A stretch of DNA of 11,456 nt from a virus (taxonomy: Duplodnaviria > Heunggongvirae > Uroviricota > Caudoviricetes), in the IMG/VR virus record IMGVR_UViG_2671180770_000008, positions 1 to 11,456 of that record. The stretch is one strand, 5' to 3'. The translations under genes and the position numbers were made by a program. Under the pieces are notes generated by a model, which saw only the letters and a list, made by a program, of their open reading frames with translations, did not search any database and was not told where the DNA came from. Positions 1-6,630 of the stretch are shown here, one piece after another (positions within the stretch are counted from its first letter, which is position 1; every line of letters starts with the position of its first letter).

Positions 1-47
1 TACAGTCCTTTTTTCTCCAGACATTCTGCCACGTGATCATGTAGCAT
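1..47 (-). CDS. 5' end of an unidentified CDS running off the left edge (MLHDHVAECLEKKGL...)
   Basis: ATG at 47..45 preceded by GGAGG (RC of 54..58) with a 6-nt spacer; only 15 codons visible, product not recognisable. Confidence 0.4.
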   Translation of the reverse strand, partial: MLHDHVAECLEKKGL

Positions 48-101
48 AAGTGACCTCCGATTATCTACAGACTGCCATCCTGAATTTACCTTCCCTTAAT
101 G

Positions 102-199
102 AAATAACAATAAAAAACAAACCACACAAAAACAATAAAATAACACACAAAAAAAACTAAATAATAAACAAAAATAATCACCTTATTTTATTATTTTTT
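102..199. repeat. 98-nt G-free A/C-rich low-complexity tract in the AT-rich region upstream of the edge ORF
   Basis: Direct reading: no G on the plus strand from 102 to 199 (aaataacaataaaaaacaaaccacacaaaaac...). Confidence 0.7.
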
Positions 200-281
200 G
201 AGGGGGCAATTACTGAACAAAAAACGCTGACTATATACTCAAAACCAAACAACTATTCTGCCAATCAGGTATCATGGCAAC

Positions 282-303
282 ACACGGAATTACCGTGTTT
301 TTG
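282..303 (+). terminator. Candidate Rho-independent terminator on the plus strand
   Basis: Stem acacgg (282..287) / ccgtgt (293..298), loop aatta, then ttttt (299..303). Confidence 0.4.
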
Positions 304-512
304 CCTTCTCTGCCCATACAATACGGGCATATACTTCATACTCTATTGTAATATTTCTATCCATGCGCCCCACTCCATTTACCTGTAAATAATATTCAAA
401 ATATTTATCACAGAAATCGTTTTTGTCCATGAACTGAGCACACTATAAAGTCCGGAACTGACTCTTTGTTAAATTACCTTAACGTTACCAGTAACACCTT
501 CATAACAAAACA

Positions 513-980
513 TCACGGTATACACTGGGTACGGATATATTCCTGTGCTCCTTCCAGTTGCTTCTGCATTGCCATCAGCCGTTCTCTGAGGATGAAATAA
601 TCCCGTTCAGCGGCTTCTGCCAGTCGGGGACCGGTTGCATTATCCACGCCGGAGGTGATGGGGGCTTTACGCAAGGAGCCTGGACAGTTGGCGTTGATGC
701 GCAGGCGCTTACGACCAGCGGCAACATCAGCACGCAGAGTTTCATTTTCAGCTCTCGCATCGGCTAATTCCCTCGAGTATCTGGCATCAAGTGCAGCGAC
801 ATCACGCTGGCGTACCTGCATATCAGTAATTGTCACGTTCGCCAGCTTCAGCTCACTGGCTTTTTTATCGCGTTGCGCTTTGTAGGTAATGGCGTTATCG
901 CGGTAATGATTCAGCCCCAGACTAAGCACACCACAGGCTACCAGCAGGACAATAATCACCACACACAGAACACGGTTCAT
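513..980 (-). CDS. Rz: Rz i-spanin (inner-membrane spanin subunit)
   Basis: 155 aa; N-terminal TM segment then coiled-coil; strong similarity to lambda Rz as I recall it ([43 protein letters not shown]); ATG at 980 preceded by GAGGGGGA. Confidence 0.93.
   Translation of the reverse strand: MNRVLCVVIIVLLVACGVLSLGLNHYRDNAITYKAQRDKKASELKLANVTITDMQVRQRDVAALDARYSRELADARAENETLRADVAAGRKRLRINANCPGSLRKAPITSGVDNATGPRLAEAAERDYFILRERLMAMQKQLEGAQEYIRTQCIP
575..760 (-). CDS. Rz1: Rz1 o-spanin lipoprotein, embedded in the +1 frame of Rz
   Basis: 61 aa; lipobox LVVSAC, proline-rich [26 protein letters not shown] closely matching lambda Rz1; entirely nested inside Rz. Confidence 0.9.
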   Translation of the reverse strand: MRELKMKLCVLMLPLVVSACASTPTVQAPCVKPPSPPAWIMQPVPDWQKPLNGIISSSENG

Positions 981-987
981 ATCCCCC

Positions 988-1119
988 TCACCCCACCAGC
1001 CATGACAAAGTTAAGACGCGCCAGGCAGTGGAAAAGCAAATAGCAACCAGCATTAGTGAAAATGAAATGCCGACGATTACACAGAGGATCTTCGCCAGCG
1101 TTATGAGCTTGTCTGACAT
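988..1119 (-). CDS. 43-aa small hydrophobic protein ([43 protein letters not shown]), unknown function
   Basis: ATG at 1119 preceded by AGAGGA plus 6-nt spacer; stop TGA 990..988 lies 7 nt before the Rz start; one predicted TM helix. Below the ORF-track size cutoff. Confidence 0.45.
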   Translation of the reverse strand: MSDKLITLAKILCVIVGISFSLMLVAICFSTAWRVLTLSWLVG

Positions 1120-1131
1120 GCTTAATCCTCT

Positions 1132-1314
1132 TCACGATTTCAACGCAATGACCAGTTTTGCCAGCCCATACAGCATCGGAGACACAGCAATACCGACCGC
1201 CACCCACTTAATAGCAAAAGCCAGCGCTCTGCTGACGTCATCAGTTACAGGCGCTTTCAGTTCAAGGCCGTTTTTCATAGTCAATCTCAACAGAATTCGT
1301 TTATACTTTCCCAT
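1132..1314 (-). CDS. 60-aa small protein with C-terminal TM helix (MGKYKRILLRLTMKNGLELKAPVTDDVSRALAFAIKWVAVGIAVSPMLYGLAKLVIALKS), unknown function
   Basis: Internal ATG of track ORF 1132..1392; the longer N-terminal extension reads through a terminator hairpin and is rejected; AGGGAG-like RBS upstream; stop 12 nt before the next RBS. Confidence 0.45.
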   Translation of the reverse strand: MGKYKRILLRLTMKNGLELKAPVTDDVSRALAFAIKWVAVGIAVSPMLYGLAKLVIALKS

Positions 1315-1351
1315 GTTCTCCCTTGCCTTACTCAAGGTCAGAAACACAAAA

Positions 1352-1380
1352 CCCCGTTTGCGGCCAACAAACGGGGTTTT
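1352..1380. terminator. Bidirectional intrinsic terminator
   Basis: Perfect 9-bp inverted repeat ccccgtttg (1352..1360) / caaacgggg (1368..1376), 7-nt loop, A-tract on the left and T-tract on the right. Confidence 0.7.
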
Positions 1381-1469
1381 ACTTTTATTCACTTAGTTTT
1401 TGCCAGTTCGCAGGATTTCGTGTTATCCGCCCGCGTTGGCCAACGTCATTTTTCAGCAAAATATTCTGC

Positions 1470-1860
1470 TTATCTGTCAATTCCCCAGCACGCCAGTGCA
1501 CTTTCCTGGTCTCGCCGGGATACCTGGCCGTAGCAATTATTTGAGCGGATACGGCAGTCTCTGCCACCGTCCTTAATCCACCAGCGAATCGCTTCGCAGG
1601 CACCTTTTCGATCACCTGCATTAATCCGTCTGTAAAACGTAGACGGGAAACACTTACCGGGGCCAATGTTATAAGGACAAAATGACGCGATACCCGCCTT
1701 CTGGGGTTCGGTCAGCGGTACTTTAATATTGCGCTCCACCCACTCCAGCGCCTTATCACGTTCAATGGCGTTACCCACCAATTTCCGGTGCCACAGTAAC
1801 AGTAATCTTATCCGGGTAATTATTTATCCCTTTAACAACCAGTTCGTATTTTTTCTTCAT
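1470..1860 (-). pseudogene. Disrupted endolysin: C-terminal ~100 aa of a GH24 phage lysozyme (RrrQ / Stx-phage R type) joined out of frame to an unrelated 29-codon ORF (MKKKYELVVKGINNYPDKITVTVAPEIGG)
   Basis: Frame 1470..1781 encodes NAIERDKALEWVERNIKVPLTEPQKAGIASFCPYNIGPGK...GACEAIRWWIKDGGRDC...ALACWGIDR, matching the C-terminal half of lambdoid lysozymes; there is no SAR/signal segment or catalytic Glu-Asp-Thr region; the ORF starting at 1860 (good RBS GGGGAGAG) stops at 1773..1771 in a different frame. Confidence 0.7.
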
Positions 1861-1864
1861 CGCT

Positions 1865-2080
1865 TTACTCTCCCCGCGCCGCCTTACGACGGTCCTCTCT
1901 GATTTTGAAATACAGGTTAGTCAGATACGTCAGCAGGCCAAACAGCAGACTCCCCAGCACACCTATCGCCACCCACTGGGACGGAGAGACTTTGTCCAGC
2001 AGCTGCAGTAACCAGTATCCCGTCCCCACCGCTGACGTGGTGTATGACACACCTGTTGTGATTTTTTCCATCTGGTACAT
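1865..2080 (-). CDS. S: Class II holin (S21-type pinholin), 71 aa, with dual-start motif
   Basis: [10 protein letters not shown]...[40 protein letters not shown] closely matches phage 21 S / EssD-EssQ holins; Met1 and Met4 dual start; RBS GGGAGA upstream. Confidence 0.92.
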   Translation of the reverse strand: MYQMEKITTGVSYTTSAVGTGYWLLQLLDKVSPSQWVAIGVLGSLLFGLLTYLTNLYFKIREDRRKAARGE

Positions 2081-2155
2081 ACCCCGTCTCCCGCAATCCG
2101 GAAGCTCACAACAACAGGAGGGGCATCAGCTCACACCGACAGCCCCTGCGTATGG

Positions 2156-2425
2156 TTACATCATCATTTCGCCGCCAGGCTGAGGCTCACTGCTACCGTC
2201 AGGCTGAGACACAACGCCATCTGAAACAGCACTGTCACCCGCGCCGTCTTCAGGCTCAGGAGCAGCCGGTCCCCCCAGCAGCTCATCCAGAATGGCATCC
2301 ACTTCAGCATCAAGACGCGCCTCAAGATTCTGGCGGAGTTGCTGTTTCAGTGCGCTTCTGACTTCTTCAGAGCGCAGGACGTCCTTCACTGCTTCAGCAG
2401 TGACCAGAGATTTTATTTCTGACAT
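2156..2425 (-). CDS. Hypothetical acidic protein, 89 aa (MSEIKSLVTAEAVKDVLRSEEVRSALKQQ...)
   Basis: Internal ATG of track ORF 2156..2581; the upstream extension overlaps the better-supported 60-aa gene in another frame; weak RBS. Confidence 0.5.
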   Translation of the reverse strand: MSEIKSLVTAEAVKDVLRSEEVRSALKQQLRQNLEARLDAEVDAILDELLGGPAAPEPEDGAGDSAVSDGVVSQPDGSSEPQPGGEMMM

Positions 2426-2462
2426 GGGATTTTCTCGTTGAAAGGTGTTGTTAAGAAAGTTG

Positions 2463-2645
2463 CTACGAAATGAGAGGCTCTTCGGGTTTTGTTCCGGCTG
2501 ACTGGCTGGCGCTGATTTTTTCCGCCGCCGCGGCATCAATCTTTTTGCGTATATAGTTCCGGATAACCTTATACCCGCCACTTACCAGATATAACGTGCA
2601 CACCACCGTGCAGAAATACAATAAAATAAGCTGTACAAATCTCAT
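2463..2645 (-). CDS. Small membrane protein, 60 aa (MRFVQLILLYFCTVVCTLYLVSGG...)
   Basis: ATG at 2645 preceded by GGGAGG; hydrophobic N-terminal helix. Confidence 0.55.
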   Translation of the reverse strand: MRFVQLILLYFCTVVCTLYLVSGGYKVIRNYIRKKIDAAAAEKISASQSAGTKPEEPLIS

Positions 2646-2739
2646 TATCCCTCCCGGTTATTGATATGGTGTTGACATCGTTAATACCTGTTGGTTAAAA
2701 AAGTGTCCTGCATGTTTTGCTTTGGATATAACGACATTT

Positions 2740-2787
2740 GCCGCCGGTTCTGGCTCCTTGTTTTCCCTGCCCCGGCGGCCTTTTTTT
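2740..2787 (+). terminator. Intrinsic terminator on the plus strand (antisense to the late operon)
   Basis: 8-bp GC stem gccgccgg (2740..2747) / ccggcggc (2772..2779) followed by ttttttt (2781..2787). Confidence 0.55.
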
Positions 2788-2792
2788 CCTGC

Positions 2793-4730
2793 TTACGGGT
2801 TATTCACTTCCACTGTTATACTTTCAATCAGCACCGGATATGTCGCACCGCTAGTGATATCGGTCACGCGCAATTTGTCTGCCGTAAACGTGCCGACCGG
2901 TGACTGTGACAGCATGAACGGCGTCCCGTCCTTACCATCAATGACCGGCGTCACCTCAATACTGTTGTTACCGGCAAAACGGAAGCCCAGCGTATGCCAT
3001 TCGTTATCAAATGCGCCGAATGACCCCAGCTTCGTGTTCTGACCAGCATTTCCCTTGTGGTACATCACATTAAGGTCTGTGGCATCGCTCTGTACGTAAA
3101 ACGACGCCAGCAGGTTATGACCGGCATTACCTTCCAGTGTGACGCCCTGAGGCAGTGAAGAAACCGGCCAGTACAGCGCCAGTGCGTACTGATTAGCTGT
3201 CAGTGTGCCATCAACTTTAAAACGACAACTGATAAGCCCGCCCTTCTCCAGCAGGTCTGCGCCATTACCGGCATCATGCTGCATAAACCACGAGGAACTT
3301 CCTGTCTGTTTGGTCCACCTCAGCGCCTTACCTCCTGCAGCACCTGCATCATCAACTACCAATGCACGCCCTCCTTCAGCTCCCCATCCCTGCGGATTCA
3401 GTAAACCACCTGACTCTGTTGCACGGTAATAAAGCAGCGTTGTCACTGATTTCCCGTCCGTTGACGGTGTTGATGGTGTGTCCGGTGACGGCTTCTCATC
3501 CGGCGGCATCACAACCTGTTCCCCACCCACCAGTTCAGCCGTCCGTCCTGCATGGAGAAGAATCGCTGAGGCAAGACGGTCAGAAATAATCCCCCTGCGT
3601 GCCCATGAGCTGAAATGGCTCGCACGGTCTGCTGACGTCCAGTTTGCCGACGTCCGGGAGGCCGCACCGTAATATCCTGATGCCGGAATATCCGGGTCTT
3701 CTTCCGGTTTGTTCGTCGGGACATTTGCTCCGTTCTCATCGGTCATGAACGGCACAAAGTGAATATTCTTTTCCGTTTTGTTTTTGTAACTGCCGTACAC
3801 CGTCTGGTAAGTGGATTCGCTCTTCTGCTTCCAGAAATAAGTTGTGTCTCCACATATCCAGGGAACACCGTCAGCAGAACCACCAGCGCACTGTCCCACC
3901 ATATCTGCAAGGTCCGTACGATATTGTTCCACTACTTCTGTAAAACGGGCTGTGTGATTTGCTGGCGTTCCGTCAAAGTCAAATTCCCCCTGCATCCACA
4001 CCACGGCAAGCAGCACATTTTTCGGGTTCTTTGCCAGCGCGGCTTTTGTACGACCGATGAGATCCTTATACAGCGGCCTGCCCACACCCCAGCGGGTATA
4101 ACTCTCTGAGGCACCGGTCACGTCACTGTATGTTCCATCTGCCCCGGTGGTGAAAGCTGAACCACCACGGCAGCACGGAACCAGAAGAATACCCGCATTC
4201 GCCGGTATAAACGGCAGCAGCTTTTTGGCAATATGCAGCCCGTGCCCCACGGTTCCGTACTGACCTTTCGACAGGTCAGCTTTCGGATGGTTAAGACGGC
4301 TCATGTCCTGTACATCATGCAGACAGTGGTCTGCCGGAATAATGTCGTTATATTTACAGGGAGCGCCATCCGGCGTCACTGTGCTGCGACGAGCCAGTTG
4401 CTTTATACGCGGGTCAGGACGGTCATATGTCTGCGGCAGAGGAAGCCCCTCACCGTAAGCCATGCCGTTCGACTGCCCGGCCAGTGGAATAACGTAGTAA
4501 TAATCTGGCTCCGTGGTGACCACTCCCGGATAGCCACCATCCCCCGTGCCGGGCACAACCACTGGCGTGGTCACATCCCCCTCCGCGGCAATCGCCTGCA
4601 TCAGGGTATAAGGGGTTATGGCCACAGGACTACCAAACGGCTGCCAGCCCTCTTTCAGTTTGTGTGTCAGCTTTTCCGCAAGATCTGACGGCGACGCCGC
4701 CCTGACAACATCATAATGTTTAATCGACAT
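2793..4730 (-). CDS. nanS: NanS-p-type prophage sialate O-acetylesterase, 645 aa
   Basis: Strong RBS GGGAGA; N-terminal MSIKHYDVVRAASPSDLAEKL... segment, esterase-type motif YYVIPLAGQSNGMAYG, size and position (between Q and S) as in the NanS-p proteins of E. coli O157 prophages. Confidence 0.88.
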   Translation of the reverse strand: MSIKHYDVVRAASPSDLAEKLTHKLKEGWQPFGSPVAITPYTLMQAIAAEGDVTTPVVVPGTGDGGYPGVVTTEPDYYYVIPLAGQSNGMAYGEGLPLPQTYDRPDPRIKQLARRSTVTPDGAPCKYNDIIPADHCLHDVQDMSRLNHPKADLSKGQYGTVGHGLHIAKKLLPFIPANAGILLVPCCRGGSAFTTGADGTYSDVTGASESYTRWGVGRPLYKDLIGRTKAALAKNPKNVLLAVVWMQGEFDFDGTPANHTARFTEVVEQYRTDLADMVGQCAGGSADGVPWICGDTTYFWKQKSESTYQTVYGSYKNKTEKNIHFVPFMTDENGANVPTNKPEEDPDIPASGYYGAASRTSANWTSADRASHFSSWARRGIISDRLASAILLHAGRTAELVGGEQVVMPPDEKPSPDTPSTPSTDGKSVTTLLYYRATESGGLLNPQGWGAEGGRALVVDDAGAAGGKALRWTKQTGSSSWFMQHDAGNGADLLEKGGLISCRFKVDGTLTANQYALALYWPVSSLPQGVTLEGNAGHNLLASFYVQSDATDLNVMYHKGNAGQNTKLGSFGAFDNEWHTLGFRFAGNNSIEVTPVIDGKDGTPFMLSQSPVGTFTADKLRVTDITSGATYPVLIESITVEVNNP

Positions 4731-4816
4731 CGAATTTCTCCCGTGTACAGGAACAGAGTTAAAAAGCCGGAACCGGAATCAAATCACAGGATGACCATCT
4801 GCCAGTGGCTGGTCGT

Positions 4817-4843
4817 AAAAAAAAGGCCGCGCCATGCGCAGCC
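4817..4843 (-). terminator. Intrinsic terminator on the minus strand, upstream of nanS-p
   Basis: Minus-strand RNA GGCUGCGCAUGGCGCGGCC (8-bp stem, 3-nt loop) followed by UUUUUUUU (RC of 4817..4824). Confidence 0.7.
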
Positions 4844-5044
4844 GGAAATAAAGGGATAACGATGATAGTTTGAGAAAAACAGAAATAACACTTTTGTGGC
4901 AAAGCATGGTGCCGGGTGCCTCCCGGTGAATTCAGTACCAGCACCTGAATCCGCGATTATCCCATATACCTGGTTGCTGATTGCCCCTCCGCACAGGGGG
5001 ATTCACCATGCAGTAGTATTTTTAATAAACAGTAAACAAAAAAA

Positions 5045-5212
5045 TCAAGCATTATGCAGGCTGTTTCTTTTTATCACCGGCCACAGCAATACCACAATGC
5101 CGCAGACCAGCCCCCCATCCGCCAGCACCGACATGATTCTGCTGGTGAAATCCACCATCACCACCAGAAACAGCAGGAGTGCAGCCACAGCCAGGCGCAG
5201 TTTTACCGTCAC
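5045..5212 (-). CDS. 55-aa small membrane protein (VTVKLRLAVAALLLFLVVMVDFTSRIMSVLADGGLVCGIVVLLWPVIKRNSLHNA), GTG start overlapping the TerB-like stop
   Basis: GTG 5212..5210 overlaps TGA 5211..5209 (GTGA); GGAG 8 nt upstream; two hydrophobic stretches. Below the ORF-track cutoff. Confidence 0.4.
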   Translation of the reverse strand: MTVKLRLAVAALLLFLVVMVDFTSRIMSVLADGGLVCGIVVLLWPVIKRNSLHNA

Positions 5213-5680
5213 AGGTGATTCTCCAGACGAAGCCCCAGAACACCGGCAATCTCTTCCAGCACCTTGCGCTCTTCCGGCTCAATTTCGCCGTCTGCCTCCG
5301 CAATGGCCACCGCCACATCCAGCACATCTTCCGCTTCACGCGTATCGTGTTTCACATCCTCGATCTCACGTAACGCCGCACGACGACCAATTTTAAAGTT
5401 CGTATCCAGCTGACCGATAATGGTTGCGCTAATCGCATTAATTTCTGACGTAAACGCGGACAGCGCTGGCTGATTACGCAGTACCTGTTCGATCTTCGCT
5501 TTCTAGGAAGCCTCACATTCACCATCTGCACAGGCCACCAGGTATGCGGCGTTAATCACCGTCTGTGCCAGATCGCGTTTCTCAAACTTTCCTTTTTCCG
5601 GTTAACGTGACACACCAATAACTCTTGTCGAAAAAGCCAGCAAGCTGAAAGACCGGTATTCACAACCACCAGCGCGTTTA
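5209..5680 (-). pseudogene. TerB-family (tellurite-resistance TerB-like) gene disrupted by an in-frame amber codon and a 5' frameshift
   Basis: Frame 5601..5209 encodes ...EKGKFEKRDLAQTVINAAYLVACADGECEAS*KAKIEQVLRN...DVLDVAVAIAEADGEIEPEERKVLEEIAGVLGLRLENHL with TAG at 5505..5503; the N-terminal part (..GFFDKS..) sits in another frame; no usable start codon. Confidence 0.55.
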
Positions 5681-5704
5681 CTGTACTGGCGTGATTTCAG
5701 TCAT

Positions 5705-5727
5705 AAAAAAACCCGCCTGGCGACGGG
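5705..5727 (-). terminator. tR'-like terminator of the short pR' leader transcript
   Basis: Minus-strand RNA CCCGUCGCCAGGCGGG (6-bp stem, 4-nt loop) followed by UUUUUUU. Confidence 0.75.
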
Positions 5728-5763
5728 TGTAAAAAATCTTCTAACGTCAGGCATAAAACGCCC

Positions 5764-5803
5764 ATCGTTAGGGCAAATTTACCACAGATTCGGGAAAAAT
5801 CAA
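5764..5803 (-). promoter_or_regulatory. pR'-like late promoter with qut / pause element
   Basis: On the minus strand: -35 TTGATT (5803..5798), 16-bp spacer, -10 TAAATT (5781..5776), then TGCCCT AACGAT GGG, closely resembling my recollection of the lambda pR' -10 / pause region (GGGTAAATTTGACTCAACGATGGG); starts directly after the Q stop codon. Confidence 0.7.
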
Positions 5804-5808
5804 CAAAG

Positions 5809-6630
5809 CTATCTGGTCACCTTTTTCAGTTGTTGTTCTGCCCATGCTTCTTCAATATCAAACTGCACCACCAGCGTATCGTAAAAACGTTTAACTGTTT
5901 TTTTCCATGTATCAAGAGATATGGCATCGGTTACATTACATATGGCATTAAATGCCTCCGTTGAAGGTAATCTTTCATAGCCACGACCACCACAACGCTG
6001 GCAGTCTCTGATAACAGGCATACCACGTTTTACCGACTCTTCACGATGAATGGCAACACCGCGCCCACGACAATCTTTACAGGCGGTGGAAACCTCCCCC
6101 TTCCCTCCACACTCCGGACAGGCAACTTTTACCACCTCCCTGACTTTTTTCCATTCCTCCCAGTAAGACGGATACACGCCTTTTGTGCACTTTGCCCACA
6201 CTGGCGGCTTACCATCCGGATACTGGATCTTGTTTGTAAAAACCTCGCTTTCAATAAATTTTTTTCCGTGACAACAGGGGCACTGTTTTTTGCTCGCCGC
6301 GCTACGGGCATAATCTTCAAACGCATACGAAGCCATAATACGCATCACTGCCGGTTTTATTTCTGCCGGGAGTTTTTTTAACGCCGCCACGCGATCACAC
6401 CGACTGAGTGCATATTCTGTCAGCAATTCTGTTGCCCGCTCTCTGTCATTCATACTAATGCCCATTTTCCCAAGGAACGCAGAAAACCCCATCTCAGCCC
6501 AATTCTGTGTCATGCCCTGCGCGGCCATCACATCAGTGATACTCAGCGTATCTTTCGACGTTGAGGCCGATGCATCAGTCAGGCCGGGGGATTTTGGGGA
6601 GTAGTATTTCGGTAAATCTTCCAGTTTCAT
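5809..6630 (-). CDS. Late-gene antiterminator Q (Q-like, zinc-binding), 273 aa
   Basis: Immediately upstream of the pR'-like promoter; several CxxC pairs (CPCCHGKK, CPECGGKG, CKDCRGRG, CQRCGGRG); position equivalent to quuQ / quuD. Confidence 0.8.
   Translation of the reverse strand: MKLEDLPKYYSPKSPGLTDASASTSKDTLSITDVMAAQGMTQNWAEMGFSAFLGKMGISMNDRERATELLTEYALSRCDRVAALKKLPAEIKPAVMRIMASYAFEDYARSAASKKQCPCCHGKKFIESEVFTNKIQYPDGKPPVWAKCTKGVYPSYWEEWKKVREVVKVACPECGGKGEVSTACKDCRGRGVAIHREESVKRGMPVIRDCQRCGGRGYERLPSTEAFNAICNVTDAISLDTWKKTVKRFYDTLVVQFDIEEAWAEQQLKKVTR

Noticed and set aside
290-430. 46-aa minus-strand ORF just downstream of Rz (MDKNDFCDKYFEYYLQVNGVGRMDRNITIEYEVYARIVWAEKAKTR)
   Set aside because: No recognisable Shine-Dalgarno sequence and no identifiable family; may be real but not supportable from sequence alone.
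1132-1392. Track ORF of 86 aa (MNKSKTPFVGRKRGFVFLTLSKARENMGKYKR...)
   Set aside because: Its first 26 codons translate the bidirectional terminator hairpin and U-tract; retained only from the internal ATG at 1314.
977-1396. Track ORFs 977..1207 (-) and 1028..1396 (+)
   Set aside because: Alternative-frame or antisense shadows of the two small RBS-supported genes; no RBS and biased, implausible composition.
1385-1666. Track ORF of 93 aa overlapping the lysozyme remnant in another frame
   Set aside because: Overlaps the lysozyme-homologous frame and runs across the terminator region; no RBS and no recognisable protein features.
2156-2581. 141-aa version of the MSEIK protein starting at GTG 2581
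   Set aside because: The basic, low-complexity N-terminal extension overlaps the RBS-supported 60-aa gene 2463..2645 in another frame; the internal ATG at 2425 is preferred.
2691-4688. Plus-strand ORFs antisense to nanS-p and its upstream region (2691..2903, 2722..3042, 3205..3429, 3362..3589, 3478..3672, 3759..4109, 4233..4688) and short minus-strand alternative-frame ORFs (3509..3739, 3932..4114)
   Set aside because: All lie inside or antisense to the 645-aa esterase gene; they lack ribosome-binding sites and have Pro/Ser/Arg-rich shadow-ORF composition.
4759-5396. Track ORFs 4896..5396 (+), 5052..5339 (-), 5179..5373 (+), 4759..4944 (-)
   Set aside because: Shadow frames of the TerB-like frame, the 55-aa ORF and the terminator region; Pro/Arg/Trp-rich, implausible products.
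4731-5808. Searched for Shiga toxin genes (stxA/stxB) and tRNA genes between Q/pR' and nanS-p
   Set aside because: No reading frame of the right size or signal-peptide character and no tRNA-like sequence; the interval holds only the TerB-like remnant, a small ORF and terminators.
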